Positions 41,613-51,796 of a stretch of DNA of 64,000 nucleotides are shown in pieces (position 1 is the stretch's first letter; each line of letters starts with the position of its first letter). Under the pieces are notes generated by a model. That model was not told the DNA's origin. It did no database searches and worked only from the letters and a program-made list of their open reading frames with translations. The stretch lies in the NCBI GenBank assembly GCA_951813565.1, contig OX638351.1:1088001-1152000 (forward strand), written 5' to 3'. The stretch comes from an uncultured Poribacteria bacterium (lineage in GTDB: Bacteria > Poribacteria > WGA-4E > WGA-3G). Both the position numbers and the translations under genes were made by a program.

Positions 41613-42200
41613 ATGAATTTTCGTCTCTATTTACGGTTGGCAAATCTCCTTACGTTTTCACGGTTGTTGCTGACACTGCCTTTCTTTCTCTTTTTTCGTG
41701 CAAAATTGATGGTACCTGCAGCAATCATTTTCGGATTGGCAGCTTTGACAGATTATTTTGATGGCAGAATTGCCCGAAAGCAAGGTATTACCAGTTTCGG
41801 TAGTTTCATGGATTCGATCGTTGACAAAATTTTGGTAGGTACTGCACTAATAAGTTTCTATCTTTTTCAGCATGAACACTTAGACAATGGGATAGGATTA
41901 ATTCCAATATGGATGGTGTTAGTTATCATAGGACGTGAAATTATTGTCACAGCGCTGCGAATCCTGTGTGTGGCGAAAAATGGTGAGGTAATATCTGCAA
42001 ATCGCTGGGGCAAATACAAGACTACTGTCCAAGTCATCGTGATATTCATAAGTTTGGTTTTACTCATCTTTTTTAAAGATTCTCAATATGTTATTCAACT
42101 CCACGGACCGATTTATTTTATGATGTACCTCCCCTTGGTGTTGACTGTTGCCTCAGGTATAGAATTTCTTTATGGCAACCGGAAAGCGTTTACTGTTTAG
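41613..42200 (+). CDS. pgsA: CDP-diacylglycerol--glycerol-3-phosphate 3-phosphatidyltransferase
   Basis: ANLLTFSRL, AALTDYFDGRIARK..TSFGSFMDSIVDK, GREIIVTALR, GKYKT. Confidence 0.9.
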   Translation: MNFRLYLRLANLLTFSRLLLTLPFFLFFRAKLMVPAAIIFGLAALTDYFDGRIARKQGITSFGSFMDSIVDKILVGTALISFYLFQHEHLDNGIGLIPIWMVLVIIGREIIVTALRILCVAKNGEVISANRWGKYKTTVQVIVIFISLVLLIFFKDSQYVIQLHGPIYFMMYLPLVLTVASGIEFLYGNRKAFTV

Positions 42201-42235
42201 AGCATGCGTGAAATTTGTGGTTTTGGGGAATAATA

Positions 42236-42829
42236 ATGAAACCTGATTCAATCCGGTGTTTTGCTGCAATTGAGATACCAGAAAGGATTCAGGCTTTATT
42301 GGCAGAAGTTCAGGATGCGTTTCGTCCGAAGATTGAAAAAGCATCGTGGACGAAGCAAGGAAATTTCCATCTGACTTTGAAGTTCCTTGGAGACGTAAAG
42401 AGTCGGACTATCAATGAGATAAGTGCAGCATTACAAAAGATAGTGGAAAGTCAAACACCATTTTCAATCGAAATTGGTGGGATAGGAGCATTTCCAAATT
42501 TAGAACGTCCTCGTGTTTTATGGGTAGGTTTAAAACAAGGAATACCACTAACAGTAAAGTTGGCTCGTGCGATAAATCATGAACTTGTTAAGTTTGGTTT
42601 TGAGAAAGATACGCGTTTTCACCCACATTTAACGCTCGCGCGACTAAGAGACCAAGTGAATTTGAATACTTTTATCAGTTTATTTAAGAAATTTGAAACC
42701 CTTGACGGGACTTTGTTGACAGTAGATAAAATTACGCTTGTCAAAAGTGAGTTGCATCCGAGTGGTGCAGTCTATACCCCGTTAAAACTCTGTGAATTGG
42801 GCAAGGAGAAAGTTGCTAATGGCAAATGA
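42236..42829 (+). CDS. thpR: RNA 2',3'-cyclic phosphodiesterase (2H family)
   Basis: [47 protein letters not shown]. Confidence 0.92.
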   Translation: MKPDSIRCFAAIEIPERIQALLAEVQDAFRPKIEKASWTKQGNFHLTLKFLGDVKSRTINEISAALQKIVESQTPFSIEIGGIGAFPNLERPRVLWVGLKQGIPLTVKLARAINHELVKFGFEKDTRFHPHLTLARLRDQVNLNTFISLFKKFETLDGTLLTVDKITLVKSELHPSGAVYTPLKLCELGKEKVANGK

Positions 42830-43961
42830 CGATCAAAAAAAACCTGAAAATGAAGGAAGTCCGGGAGAGAAAAAAGCTGCTGAAGAGAAAAAAAAGGCTG
42901 TTGATCAAGCTATTTCTCAAGTAGAACGCGCCTATGGAAAAGGTGCGATTATGCGTCTTACTGATAACGAAGTGGTACCGGTAGAAGTAATCCCAACGGG
43001 TGCACTTGCACTTGATATGGCATTAGGCGTTGGCGGTGTCCCGCGGGGCAGAATTATAGAAATTTTTGGGCATGAGGGTACAGGAAAAACAACTTTGGCA
43101 CTACACATCGTTGCTGAAGCACAAAAAATGGGTGGAATCGCAGCGTTTATTGACGTTGAGCATGCTTTGGATACAACTTACGCCCGCAATATCGGTGTTA
43201 ATCTCGAAAACGTATTAATTTCGCAACCGGATGCCGGTGAACAAGCATTAGAGATTGTGGAAACACTCATCCGAAGTGGAGCGATTGACGTTGTCATCGT
43301 CGATTCGGTGGCTGCTTTAACACCACAAGCCGAAGTTGAAGGTGAAATGGGTGATGCGCATGTCGGGTTGCTTCCACGCTTGATGTCTAAAGCGTTAAGA
43401 AAACTATCGGGTGTGACGAACAAGTCGAAAACATGTGTTATTTTTACCAACCAGATTCGCCAAAAGATCGGTATCATGTTTGGTAACCCAGATACAACAC
43501 CTGGTGGACTCGCACTGAAGTTTCATGCTTCTGTGCGTTTAGAAATCCGCCGTGCTACGCAGATCAAAGAAGGTACTGAAGTGCTTGGGAACAGAGTCCT
43601 TGTCAAGGTAGTAAAAAACAAAGTAGCACCGCCCTTCAGAGAAGCAGAATTTGATGTGACTTTTGGTAAAGGTATATCAAAAGAGGGTAACCTTTTAGAT
43701 ATCGCTATTGATGCCAAGTTGATTGATAAAAGAGGTTCATGGTTCTCATATAACAATGAACGGATAGGTCAAGGACGTAATAATGCGAAAACTTATTTAG
43801 AGCAAAATCCTGAAATTGCAGCTGAACTTGATAAAAAGATTAGAGAAAATCTTGGCTCAATTTCTCAATCTGGAATAGGTGAAATCCCGGGTGTTGATGT
43901 TATTGATGAACAGGTGGATACCGAATTTGATGATACATCTGATGACGGCGATGAAAATTAG
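42819..43961 (+). CDS. recA: recombinase RecA
   Basis: [68 protein letters not shown] before ATG 42819. Confidence 0.97.
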   Translation: MANDDQKKPENEGSPGEKKAAEEKKKAVDQAISQVERAYGKGAIMRLTDNEVVPVEVIPTGALALDMALGVGGVPRGRIIEIFGHEGTGKTTLALHIVAEAQKMGGIAAFIDVEHALDTTYARNIGVNLENVLISQPDAGEQALEIVETLIRSGAIDVVIVDSVAALTPQAEVEGEMGDAHVGLLPRLMSKALRKLSGVTNKSKTCVIFTNQIRQKIGIMFGNPDTTPGGLALKFHASVRLEIRRATQIKEGTEVLGNRVLVKVVKNKVAPPFREAEFDVTFGKGISKEGNLLDIAIDAKLIDKRGSWFSYNNERIGQGRNNAKTYLEQNPEIAAELDKKIRENLGSISQSGIGEIPGVDVIDEQVDTEFDDTSDDGDEN

Positions 43962-44165
43962 ATTTTGATTAGATGCCTCTTGTAGGAGGGGTTTGTAACC
44001 CTGATTTATAATGGGACTATATAAAAACTGAATGGTTCTTTGTTTTTTCTTGATGTAAATTTTTCAACATGCTATACTTTTATGCACTAAGGTTGGTATT
44101 GATAAGATCCAACCTTTTTTTTACCATACCATCAATCTTTTCAATGGAAAGTGAGAACATCTCGT

Positions 44166-45965
44166 ATGGCTGGCAAAAGAGAGACTTCATCTGAATTATT
44201 GAAAGGTTCTGATATTGAAGGGATCGAATCAGATAATACGGTTGACTATCCACAGCGGATTCGTGAGTTAAACTGGCAGATAGAGATGCTTGAAAACGAA
44301 GTTTCGGATCTGAGAAGACAGTTGAGCACTGCCCCAGATGAAGATGTGGACGCGCGCCTGTATGAAATGACACGTGAACTTATGCAGGCACATAGACGCA
44401 ATCGCAAACTTACAACTACGCTCCATGAAGCAAAGGAAAAACTTGAACTCCTAAAAGAAAAGGTCAAACAACTGAGCGCGCCACCGAACAATTACGGTAT
44501 TTTTCTTGGCGCGAATGATGATAACACGATTGATGTTGACATCAGTGGAAAAAAATGGCGTGTGAATCTTGATCCTGCCATCAAAGCTGATCAAATACAG
44601 ATAGGGCAAGAGGTCATTGTTAATAGTGGCTTAAATGTCGTTGCGATCAAACCGCCTGAGAAACATGGAGATGTCGTTAAGATAAAAGAATTACTTGAAT
44701 CTGATCGCGCTATTGTGAATCTTCGGACAGATGAAGAACAAGTTGTACGGGTTTCCGCCGCTTTGAAGGATGAACCTTTGAAGACAGGAGATAGCGTCTT
44801 GCTGAATCATACCAGTGGGATGCTCCTTGAAAAACTTCCAAAGCGCGAACTTGACGATTTACTGCTTGAAGAAGTCCCTGATATAAGTTATGCGGACATC
44901 GGTGGACTTGATACGCAGATAGAGTCAATTCGAGATGCCATTGAAATGCCTTACCTTTACCCTGATGAGTACCGCGAATTTGATCTGACTCCACCGAAAG
45001 GTGTGTTGCTGTATGGGCCTCCAGGATGTGGAAAAACATTGATAGCACGAGCGGTGGCGAATAACCTCGCTGAAAGTATCCGACAAAAGACCGGTAGAGA
45101 TGACGTCAGAGGCTATTTTATAAATATCAAGGGCCCCGAGCTGCTTAATAAGTATGTTGGTGAAACTGAACGAAAGATACGAGAAGTCTTCCAAAAGGCA
45201 CGTGACAAGTCTAAAGAGGGGTATCCTGTTGTTATCTTCTTTGACGAAATGGATTCTTTGTTCCGATCGCGCGGCATGGGAATTTCATCAGACATGGAGT
45301 CCACCCTTGTGCCACAGTTTCTCGCCGAAATTGACGGTGTAGAAAATTTACGCGATGTTATTGTTATCGGTGCAAGTAATCGGCAAGACCTCCTTGACCC
45401 CGCTGTTTTGAGACCGGGTAGACTTGACATAAAGATAAAGATTGATCGTCCCAACATTGATGGTGCCAAGGATATTTTTGCTATCTATTTAACACCGGAC
45501 CTTCCGTTCGCAAAAAAAGAAATAGATGAATTTGATGGTAATACCGATAGTATTTCAGAACATTTCATAGCCGCTGCTGTGGACGAGATGTACGCGACTA
45601 CAGATGAGAATAGGTTTATTGAGGTAACATATACCCGTGGCGAACGCGAAACCCTCTTTTTTAAGGATTTTGTGAGCGGTGCAATGATTAGAAATATTGT
45701 TTCCCGCGCGAAAAAGACAGCAATTAAACGCTTAATAGATTCTGAAGGGAAGGAAAAAGGAATTTCGCTTGACGATTTGAAGTCCGCTATTCGAGAAGAA
45801 TATCATGAAAACGAGGATTTACCGAATACCACGAATCCAGATGATTGGGCAAAGATTTCTGGTAGGAAGGGCGAAAAGATTGTCAACATTCGAGCACTGA
45901 TTAATGAGCCAGAGGTGCGTAGAAAGCCAGAGGTAAGAGTTAGCAAAGGTGGAACATACCTATAG
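44166..45965 (+). CDS. arc: proteasome AAA+ ATPase ARC/Mpa
   Basis: N-terminal coiled coil, LLEEVPDISYADIGGL, GVLLYGPPGCGKT, IKGPELLNKYVGETER, NEDLPNTTNPDDWAKISG, C-terminal GTYL. Start could be GTG 44151. Confidence 0.95.
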   Translation: MAGKRETSSELLKGSDIEGIESDNTVDYPQRIRELNWQIEMLENEVSDLRRQLSTAPDEDVDARLYEMTRELMQAHRRNRKLTTTLHEAKEKLELLKEKVKQLSAPPNNYGIFLGANDDNTIDVDISGKKWRVNLDPAIKADQIQIGQEVIVNSGLNVVAIKPPEKHGDVVKIKELLESDRAIVNLRTDEEQVVRVSAALKDEPLKTGDSVLLNHTSGMLLEKLPKRELDDLLLEEVPDISYADIGGLDTQIESIRDAIEMPYLYPDEYREFDLTPPKGVLLYGPPGCGKTLIARAVANNLAESIRQKTGRDDVRGYFINIKGPELLNKYVGETERKIREVFQKARDKSKEGYPVVIFFDEMDSLFRSRGMGISSDMESTLVPQFLAEIDGVENLRDVIVIGASNRQDLLDPAVLRPGRLDIKIKIDRPNIDGAKDIFAIYLTPDLPFAKKEIDEFDGNTDSISEHFIAAAVDEMYATTDENRFIEVTYTRGERETLFFKDFVSGAMIRNIVSRAKKTAIKRLIDSEGKEKGISLDDLKSAIREEYHENEDLPNTTNPDDWAKISGRKGEKIVNIRALINEPEVRRKPEVRVSKGGTYL

Positions 45966-46348
45966 TATTAGTTTATGGAAAAGTTGTGCATTGCATAGTA
46001 GTAGGCACACGCCGTGTGCCGTAATCTCATCACTTGTGTACGGCACGCGGAGCGTGCCTACTACCATGTTCCAAATCAACGCTGAATGCGCTTTTGGCAT
46101 TCAGCGGGTGTTAATATGTGATTGGATCAAGCCTCAGAGAGGCGAAAGGTGTATAGCAGCATCATATTTTACATTGCACAGAGTTTCAGAGGAGCGAAAG
46201 GTGATAAGAAGGACAGAATACCACACTAAATTGACACCCGCTGAATGCCATAAAGGCATTCATAGCGTTGATTTATGGGTAGAGCGTAGCGAAACCCAAC
46301 ATTTAGATTTAGCATGCATGTGGTCTAATATTGCTTTTATAACTGTAG
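45960..46348. mobile_element. composite MITE/REP insertion between arc and dop
   Basis: gtagtaggcacacgccgtgtgccgt...acggcacgcggagcgtgcctactac; inverted pair ggcattcagcgggtgt / acacccgctgaatgcc; gggtagagcgtagcgaaacccaac. Confidence 0.75.
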
Positions 46349-46373
46349 TATCTATTTGACTACGAAAGAGAAT

Positions 46374-47861
46374 ATGTCAGTACCAACAATTATCGGAACC
46401 GAAACTGAGTTCGGTATTTCCGTCAAAAATGCGCGAGAACAAGACCCGATAGCGGCTTCAACGTTAGTTGTAAACGCTTATAAAAGCCGTAACATCCCAA
46501 CGATTTCATGGGATTATGCGCAAGAAAGCCCATTGATGGATGCCCGCGGATTTATGGAAGAGAGTCAAAATCCATCGGTGGAAGACGAGAACAACAATGT
46601 TATTAATGATATTTTGATAAACGGTGGTAGATATTATGTTGACCACGCACACCCGGAATACTGCACACCTGAATGTTCAAATGCCCGCGACCTCGTTAAA
46701 TATGAAAAAGCAGGCGAACTCATTTTAGATTTAAGCCGACTCGCCGCAGAGCAGTTGCTGCTGGATAATCAAGAAATTATTATCTATAAAAACAATACTG
46801 ATTACAAAGGACATAGTTACGGAGCACATGAAAATTACTTGATGTCGCGTAAGGTGTCATTTTCGGATATTGTAGATGGATTAACACCTTTCCTCGTAAC
46901 ACGACAGATTATTACCGGTAGTGGTAAGGTAGGAGCAGAAAACGGGGCAGACGATACGGATTTCCAAATCTCACAACGAGCAGATTTCTTTGAAAAAGAG
47001 GTCGGTCTCAGCACAATGGTTGAACGTCCGTTGATAAACACCCGTGATGAACCACACGCAGATTCAAAACTTTATCGTAGGTTGCATGTGATTGTGGGCG
47101 ATTCGAACATGTCCGAATTTGCTATCTACCTGAAAGTCGGGATTACGGCTATCGTCTTACAATTAATTGAGAAAGGGGTTATCGGTAAGCAATTTGCTTT
47201 ACAAGAACCTGTTGCAGTGATAAAATCGGTATCGCGTGATCTATCGTGCAAAAACAAGATTGAACTTAAAGATAACCGCAAGTGGACAGCAATAGAGGTT
47301 CAACGGGCGTATCTTGAGCTTGCGCATCAACATCTTTCGGGTGAAGAACGAACGCCTATAGTTGAGGATGTTTTAGAAAAGTGGGATTTTGTTTTAAAAG
47401 GTTTAGAAGTTGATCCGATGTCTTTAGGGCAGCATTTAGATTGGATCATCAAGAAACGACTGATTGATGCTTATGTCGCACGTCACGATTTCAAATGGAC
47501 TGACCCGCGTGTTCGGATGATGGATCTTCAGTATCATGACCTGCGACCCGATAAAGGACTTTATGCACGATTGCTGAAAAATGGGCATGTTGAACGTATA
47601 TTAACGCATGAAGAAATCGTTCATGCAATTCAGCATCCTCCATTAGATACCCGCGCATATTTTCGAGGCACATGTTTACGAAAATTTCCTAATGAAATTC
47701 ATAGTGTGAGTTGGAATTCAATAATTTTTAATGGTCCAACAGGTTTTGATAAAATTATGATGGAACGTCCACACTTTGGCACACAAGAAATTGTTGGTGA
47801 ACTATTAAACACCTGTACGGTCGTTGATCTCGTGAACCAAATCCGAGCTGACTGCAAATAA
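46374..47861 (+). CDS. dop: Pup deamidase/depupylase Dop
   Basis: IIGTETEFGI, WDY..ESPLMDARGF, NGGRYYVDHAHPEYCTPE, KNNTDYKGHSYGAHENYL, INTRDEPHAD, DLQYHD, TRAYFRG. Confidence 0.95.
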   Translation: MSVPTIIGTETEFGISVKNAREQDPIAASTLVVNAYKSRNIPTISWDYAQESPLMDARGFMEESQNPSVEDENNNVINDILINGGRYYVDHAHPEYCTPECSNARDLVKYEKAGELILDLSRLAAEQLLLDNQEIIIYKNNTDYKGHSYGAHENYLMSRKVSFSDIVDGLTPFLVTRQIITGSGKVGAENGADDTDFQISQRADFFEKEVGLSTMVERPLINTRDEPHADSKLYRRLHVIVGDSNMSEFAIYLKVGITAIVLQLIEKGVIGKQFALQEPVAVIKSVSRDLSCKNKIELKDNRKWTAIEVQRAYLELAHQHLSGEERTPIVEDVLEKWDFVLKGLEVDPMSLGQHLDWIIKKRLIDAYVARHDFKWTDPRVRMMDLQYHDLRPDKGLYARLLKNGHVERILTHEEIVHAIQHPPLDTRAYFRGTCLRKFPNEIHSVSWNSIIFNGPTGFDKIMMERPHFGTQEIVGELLNTCTVVDLVNQIRADCK

Positions 47862-47946
47862 TTTAGTTGATAAGATTTTATCCCTAATGCTGAAAATGTA
47901 AGGTATACGGAATTTCCGTTGCCCGTAATTATAAAAGGAGTCCAAG

Positions 47947-48144
47947 ATGCCAAGCGAAAAACAGCAAGAATACAGAGATCATCCCGCGAATGAAACTGCG
48001 GAGATACAGCCCAATTCTGAATTCAATGAAAACGTAGATGAGTTGACTGAAGATTTAGATGCGCTCCTTGATGAAATCGACGAAATTCTGGAAGAAGACT
48101 CCGAGGAATTCGTCGAGAACTACATCCAGCGGGGAGGGCAGTAG
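47947..48144 (+). CDS. pup: prokaryotic ubiquitin-like protein Pup
   Basis: 65 aa, acidic, DALLDEIDEILEEDSEEFVENYIQRGGQ C-terminus; AAAGGAG RBS. Confidence 0.95.
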   Translation: MPSEKQQEYRDHPANETAEIQPNSEFNENVDELTEDLDALLDEIDEILEEDSEEFVENYIQRGGQ

Positions 48145-48146
48145 GA

Positions 48147-48938
48147 TTGCTCAAACTCCATGATTATGGAACTACCGATTTTTTGCAAATTCTGAAGAAC
48201 CGATACCCCGATCAGGTTGGTAACTGGAACCAACCTAACGGATTACAAGATGCGCTTCCACAAAATGTTTTGGAAGGCACTACGGTCCTCGCGCTTGTGT
48301 ATAATGACGGTGTTATTATTGCCGGTGATCGTCAAGCAACAGAAGGTTACCAAGTTGGAGAACGTCGAATTCAGAAGGTTTATAAAATTGATAGACACTC
48401 TGCAATAGCGGTTGCTGGTGTTGCGGGGCCCTGTATTGAAACAGCAAAACTTTTCCAAGTTCAAGTTGAATTTTATGAAAAGATAGAAGGGGCACCCTTA
48501 AGTTTGGATGGGCAAGCGAATTATTTGTCCAGTCTTGTCAGAGCGAATTTAAGTTTAGCGATGCAAGGGTTAATTGTTTTGCCGCTTTTTGCTGGGTATG
48601 ACTTAAAACGTGAAACAGGACGGATTTTTAAGTACGATGCGCTCGGTGGACGTTACGAGGAAGACGCCTATTATGCCATCGGTTCCGGTGGGAAGGATGC
48701 GCGTTCAACTTTAAAAAAGTTGTATCAACCGAATATGTCCAAAGAATCGGCACTCAACGCTGTTGCAGAAGCACTCTGGGATGCAGCAGATGAGGATATT
48801 GCGACTGGCGGTCCTGATTTGATTCGGAAAATCTTTCCGACCTTGACATTAATTACAGAAGCAGGTGTATCAGAGGTGCCAGACGATACCGTTGCAGCGT
48901 TGTACCGAGAGTTAGTCGCTCGCTTAGAACAGTCGTAG
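48147..48938 (+). CDS. prcB: 20S proteasome beta subunit
   Basis: Propeptide, then G|TTVLAL, AGDRQAT, GSGG, AADEDIATGGPD. Confidence 0.95.
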   Translation: MLKLHDYGTTDFLQILKNRYPDQVGNWNQPNGLQDALPQNVLEGTTVLALVYNDGVIIAGDRQATEGYQVGERRIQKVYKIDRHSAIAVAGVAGPCIETAKLFQVQVEFYEKIEGAPLSLDGQANYLSSLVRANLSLAMQGLIVLPLFAGYDLKRETGRIFKYDALGGRYEEDAYYAIGSGGKDARSTLKKLYQPNMSKESALNAVAEALWDAADEDIATGGPDLIRKIFPTLTLITEAGVSEVPDDTVAALYRELVARLEQS

Positions 48939-48980
48939 GCGGGTTTTTCTACGTACTCGGTAAATCTTGAGGAGTTGTGA

Positions 48981-49691
48981 ATGTCGACGCCTTATTATGT
49001 GTCGCCCGAACAGATTTGGGAAGATAAAAAGGATTTTGTCCGTCGCGGAATTGAGCAAGCGAAAGAGGTGGTTGCCTTAGAATATAAGGACGGACTGCTG
49101 ATGGTTGCCGAAAACCCGCGCAGAACGACCTTTAAAATTTCTGAAATTTATGACAGAATAGCACTCGCCTCAACAGGTCGTGTTGCAGAATATGAGGCGC
49201 TTCGTGTAGCAGGTATTCGTGAATCTGAAGTGAAAGGTTATACTTACTACCGTGAAGATGTCACTGGAAAATGGTTGACAAACCTATATTCACAACACAT
49301 GGGGGCGATCGCTCAGGCATGGGATGCAAAACCGTTAGAGATTGAACTACTTGTATGTGAAGTAGATGGAAATCCAGCTGTCGGTAGTCAGATTTACTAT
49401 GTAGACTTTGACGGGACCTATCACGAAGAGGAAAAATTTGCAGTTATAGGTGGCAGGGCAGAATCTATAACTAATATCCTAAAAGAAACTTACACAGAAG
49501 GTTTAGAATTAGCCGCAGCATTACAACTTGCTTCACAGACTCTTGAACGTATTGAAGCAGAAGAGTCGGAACCGTATGAGATATCGCCACAAACCATAGA
49601 AGTTGCGTGTCTTGACGTAACCGCTGGACGCCGTAAATTTCGTCGGTTTTCCATTGAAGATATAGCTGAGATTTTTAACCATGCATCGTAG
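48981..49691 (+). CDS. prcA: 20S proteasome alpha subunit
   Basis: PYYVSPEQI..DK.DF.RRGI, KISEIYDRIA, KPLEIEL, IEVACLD...RRKFRR. Confidence 0.95.
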   Translation: MSTPYYVSPEQIWEDKKDFVRRGIEQAKEVVALEYKDGLLMVAENPRRTTFKISEIYDRIALASTGRVAEYEALRVAGIRESEVKGYTYYREDVTGKWLTNLYSQHMGAIAQAWDAKPLEIELLVCEVDGNPAVGSQIYYVDFDGTYHEEEKFAVIGGRAESITNILKETYTEGLELAAALQLASQTLERIEAEESEPYEISPQTIEVACLDVTAGRRKFRRFSIEDIAEIFNHAS

Positions 49692-51042
49692 AATATACGG
49701 ATTGGAAACCGAGTACGGGATAATCTGTACCCCAGAGAAGAACAGAGGCAAAAAACTAACGGTTCAGAATGTAGTTATGTATCTGTTTCGTGAAATTATA
49801 TCTGGGCGGATGTATCCTGATGTATTTTTAGAAAACGGTGCGCGGTTTTATCAAGACATTGGGTGTCACCCTGAATATGCCACTCCAGAATGTGACGATA
49901 TTATAGAGTTGGTGGCGCATGATAAAGCAGGAGAGCGAATCGTAACACGACTTGCCACAACTGCTGAGCGCAGGATGCGCGCCGACGGTTTTCGCGGCAA
50001 GATCTCCATTTTTAAGAATAATTTAGATACGGTAGGAAATACTTATGGCTGTCATGAAAACTATCTCATGGAGCGAGAAAAGGTTAGTTTTCGGCAGTTA
50101 GCATCACAACTCATTCCTTTTTTTGTCACCCGACAAATATATTCAGGCGCAGGTAAAGTCAAGCGAAGCGATCAAGGTTTCTATGAGATTTCGCAGCGCG
50201 CCCAGCACATCCGAGAAGAAATTTCCATTGCTACAACGACCGCACGCGGTATCATAAATACGCGCGATGAACCCCACGCTGACCGAGAAAAATATAGGCG
50301 ATTGCATGTCATCGTTGGTGATTCCAATATGTCCGAATTTTCAACCTTTTTGAAAGTCGGCACAACCGGAATCGTTCTCCGCATGATTGAAGATCATTTT
50401 ATCAATGAACGTTTTGCCCTGCGTAATTCTGTGCAAGCGATACACGAAATTTCTGAAGACATTACCTGCAAACGACTTATTGAACTTGAGAACGGGAAGA
50501 GGCTTTCTGCTGTTGAACTTCAATGGCAATACTTTGAATGTGCAAAACGGTACCTTGAACAGGCTGAATCTGATCCGACCACTGACGAGGTTATGGCACG
50601 TTGGGAATATGTGATGACCTGCCTTGAAGATGATCCGATGCAACTGGAACGTGAACTTGATTGGGTCATTAAGCGGAAGTGGATTGAAACTTACGTCCAA
50701 CACCGCTCCTTAAACTGGGATTCCGCAGAAGTGAGACGTTTAGATTTAGAATACCACAACATTCGGCAAGATGCCGGGGTTTATTATAAAGCAGAAAAAC
50801 GAGGATTGACAGAAAGGATTTTAGATGATGCCCAGATTCGGCATGCGATGCATGCGCCACCTGAACGTACCCGCGCAAAGTTTCGAGGAAGATTTATCAA
50901 ACTCGTCAATAATGGAAAAGTTCTATGTGGTGTAAATTGGAGTTATATCCAACTGTATGAACCCTATCAAAAATTGTACTTGTCTACGGACCCGCTTGAA
51001 CCCGAATTTGAAGAAGCGAGTAGAATGATTTATTCAATTTAA
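49681..51042 (+). CDS. pafA: Pup--protein ligase
   Basis: RRIYGLETEYG, VFLENGARFYQDIGCHPEYATPECD, FKNN.D..GNTYGCHENYL, RGIINTRDEPHAD. Confidence 0.95.
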   Translation: MHRRIYGLETEYGIICTPEKNRGKKLTVQNVVMYLFREIISGRMYPDVFLENGARFYQDIGCHPEYATPECDDIIELVAHDKAGERIVTRLATTAERRMRADGFRGKISIFKNNLDTVGNTYGCHENYLMEREKVSFRQLASQLIPFFVTRQIYSGAGKVKRSDQGFYEISQRAQHIREEISIATTTARGIINTRDEPHADREKYRRLHVIVGDSNMSEFSTFLKVGTTGIVLRMIEDHFINERFALRNSVQAIHEISEDITCKRLIELENGKRLSAVELQWQYFECAKRYLEQAESDPTTDEVMARWEYVMTCLEDDPMQLERELDWVIKRKWIETYVQHRSLNWDSAEVRRLDLEYHNIRQDAGVYYKAEKRGLTERILDDAQIRHAMHAPPERTRAKFRGRFIKLVNNGKVLCGVNWSYIQLYEPYQKLYLSTDPLEPEFEEASRMIYSI

Positions 51043-51116
51043 TCCTAAAACATCTGAATATAAAATAACTCTGAGTTATTATGCCTTGCCTCAACACAAT
51101 CTAATTAATTCCAACC

Positions 51117-51145
51117 TTGACACGCACTTCCGGTTACGCTATAAT
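51117..51145 (+). promoter_or_regulatory. consensus sigma70 promoter
   Basis: TTGACA-17-TATAAT upstream of the Uma2 gene. Confidence 0.75.
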
Positions 51146-51174
51146 GAATTATCAGTGAATTACCGGAGGAACCT

Positions 51175-51765
51175 ATGGCAACTTCTGCAGCACAAACATA
51201 CCTCACACCCGAAGAATATATCACTTTAGAACGCAAGGCGATACCTGACGCAGAAACAGTTAGAAGTGAGTACGTTAAGGGAAAAATAATCGCAATGTCT
51301 GGAGCAAGTTTCGCAGATAATTTGATTACAGCAAACATATCTGCTGGATTGCATGCTCGCTTGAGAGACAGTGGATGTGTCGCGATCGCTAACGAAATGC
51401 GGGTAAGCACACCCAGTACTTCATCCTATTTCTACCCTGATGTTGTTGTCGTTTGTGAAGAACCACGTTTTGAAGATGATGTCTTTGATATACTCCTCAA
51501 CCCAATTATTCTCGTAGAAGTTTTGTCACCTTCAACAGAGGCTTATGATCGCGGTGAAAAATTTATCCATTACCGACAGATTGAATCTTTACAGGAATAC
51601 ATCCTTGTTGCACAAGACAAGATTTGTGTTGAGATCTTCCGTCGACAAGAGAACAATTGGATTCTCACCGATTTTCAAAACCTTGAAGAACTCCTCCCAC
51701 TTAATTCAGTCCAATCCGAACTCCCTTTACGTGAGATTTATGATCGCGTAACATTTCCTGAGTAA
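51175..51765 (+). CDS. Uma2 family (DUF820) endonuclease-like protein
   Basis: LTPEEY, SEYVKG.IIAMSGAS, YPDVVVVC, NPIILVEVLSPSTEAYDRGEKF, SLQEYILV. Confidence 0.93.
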   Translation: MATSAAQTYLTPEEYITLERKAIPDAETVRSEYVKGKIIAMSGASFADNLITANISAGLHARLRDSGCVAIANEMRVSTPSTSSYFYPDVVVVCEEPRFEDDVFDILLNPIILVEVLSPSTEAYDRGEKFIHYRQIESLQEYILVAQDKICVEIFRRQENNWILTDFQNLEELLPLNSVQSELPLREIYDRVTFPE

Positions 51766-51796
51766 AAACAGGCGGACTGTGAAAGATACCACATCT

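Noticed and set aside
45949..46359. 136-aa ORF between arc and dop, and similar ORFs at 16966-17449, 23841-24158 and 26180-26380
   Set aside because: These translate REP/MITE sequence or overlap real genes in antisense, and carry no protein motifs.
47947..48144. UBact rather than Pup
   Set aside because: The LLDEIDxxLE...YxQxGGQ C-terminus is Pup-type.
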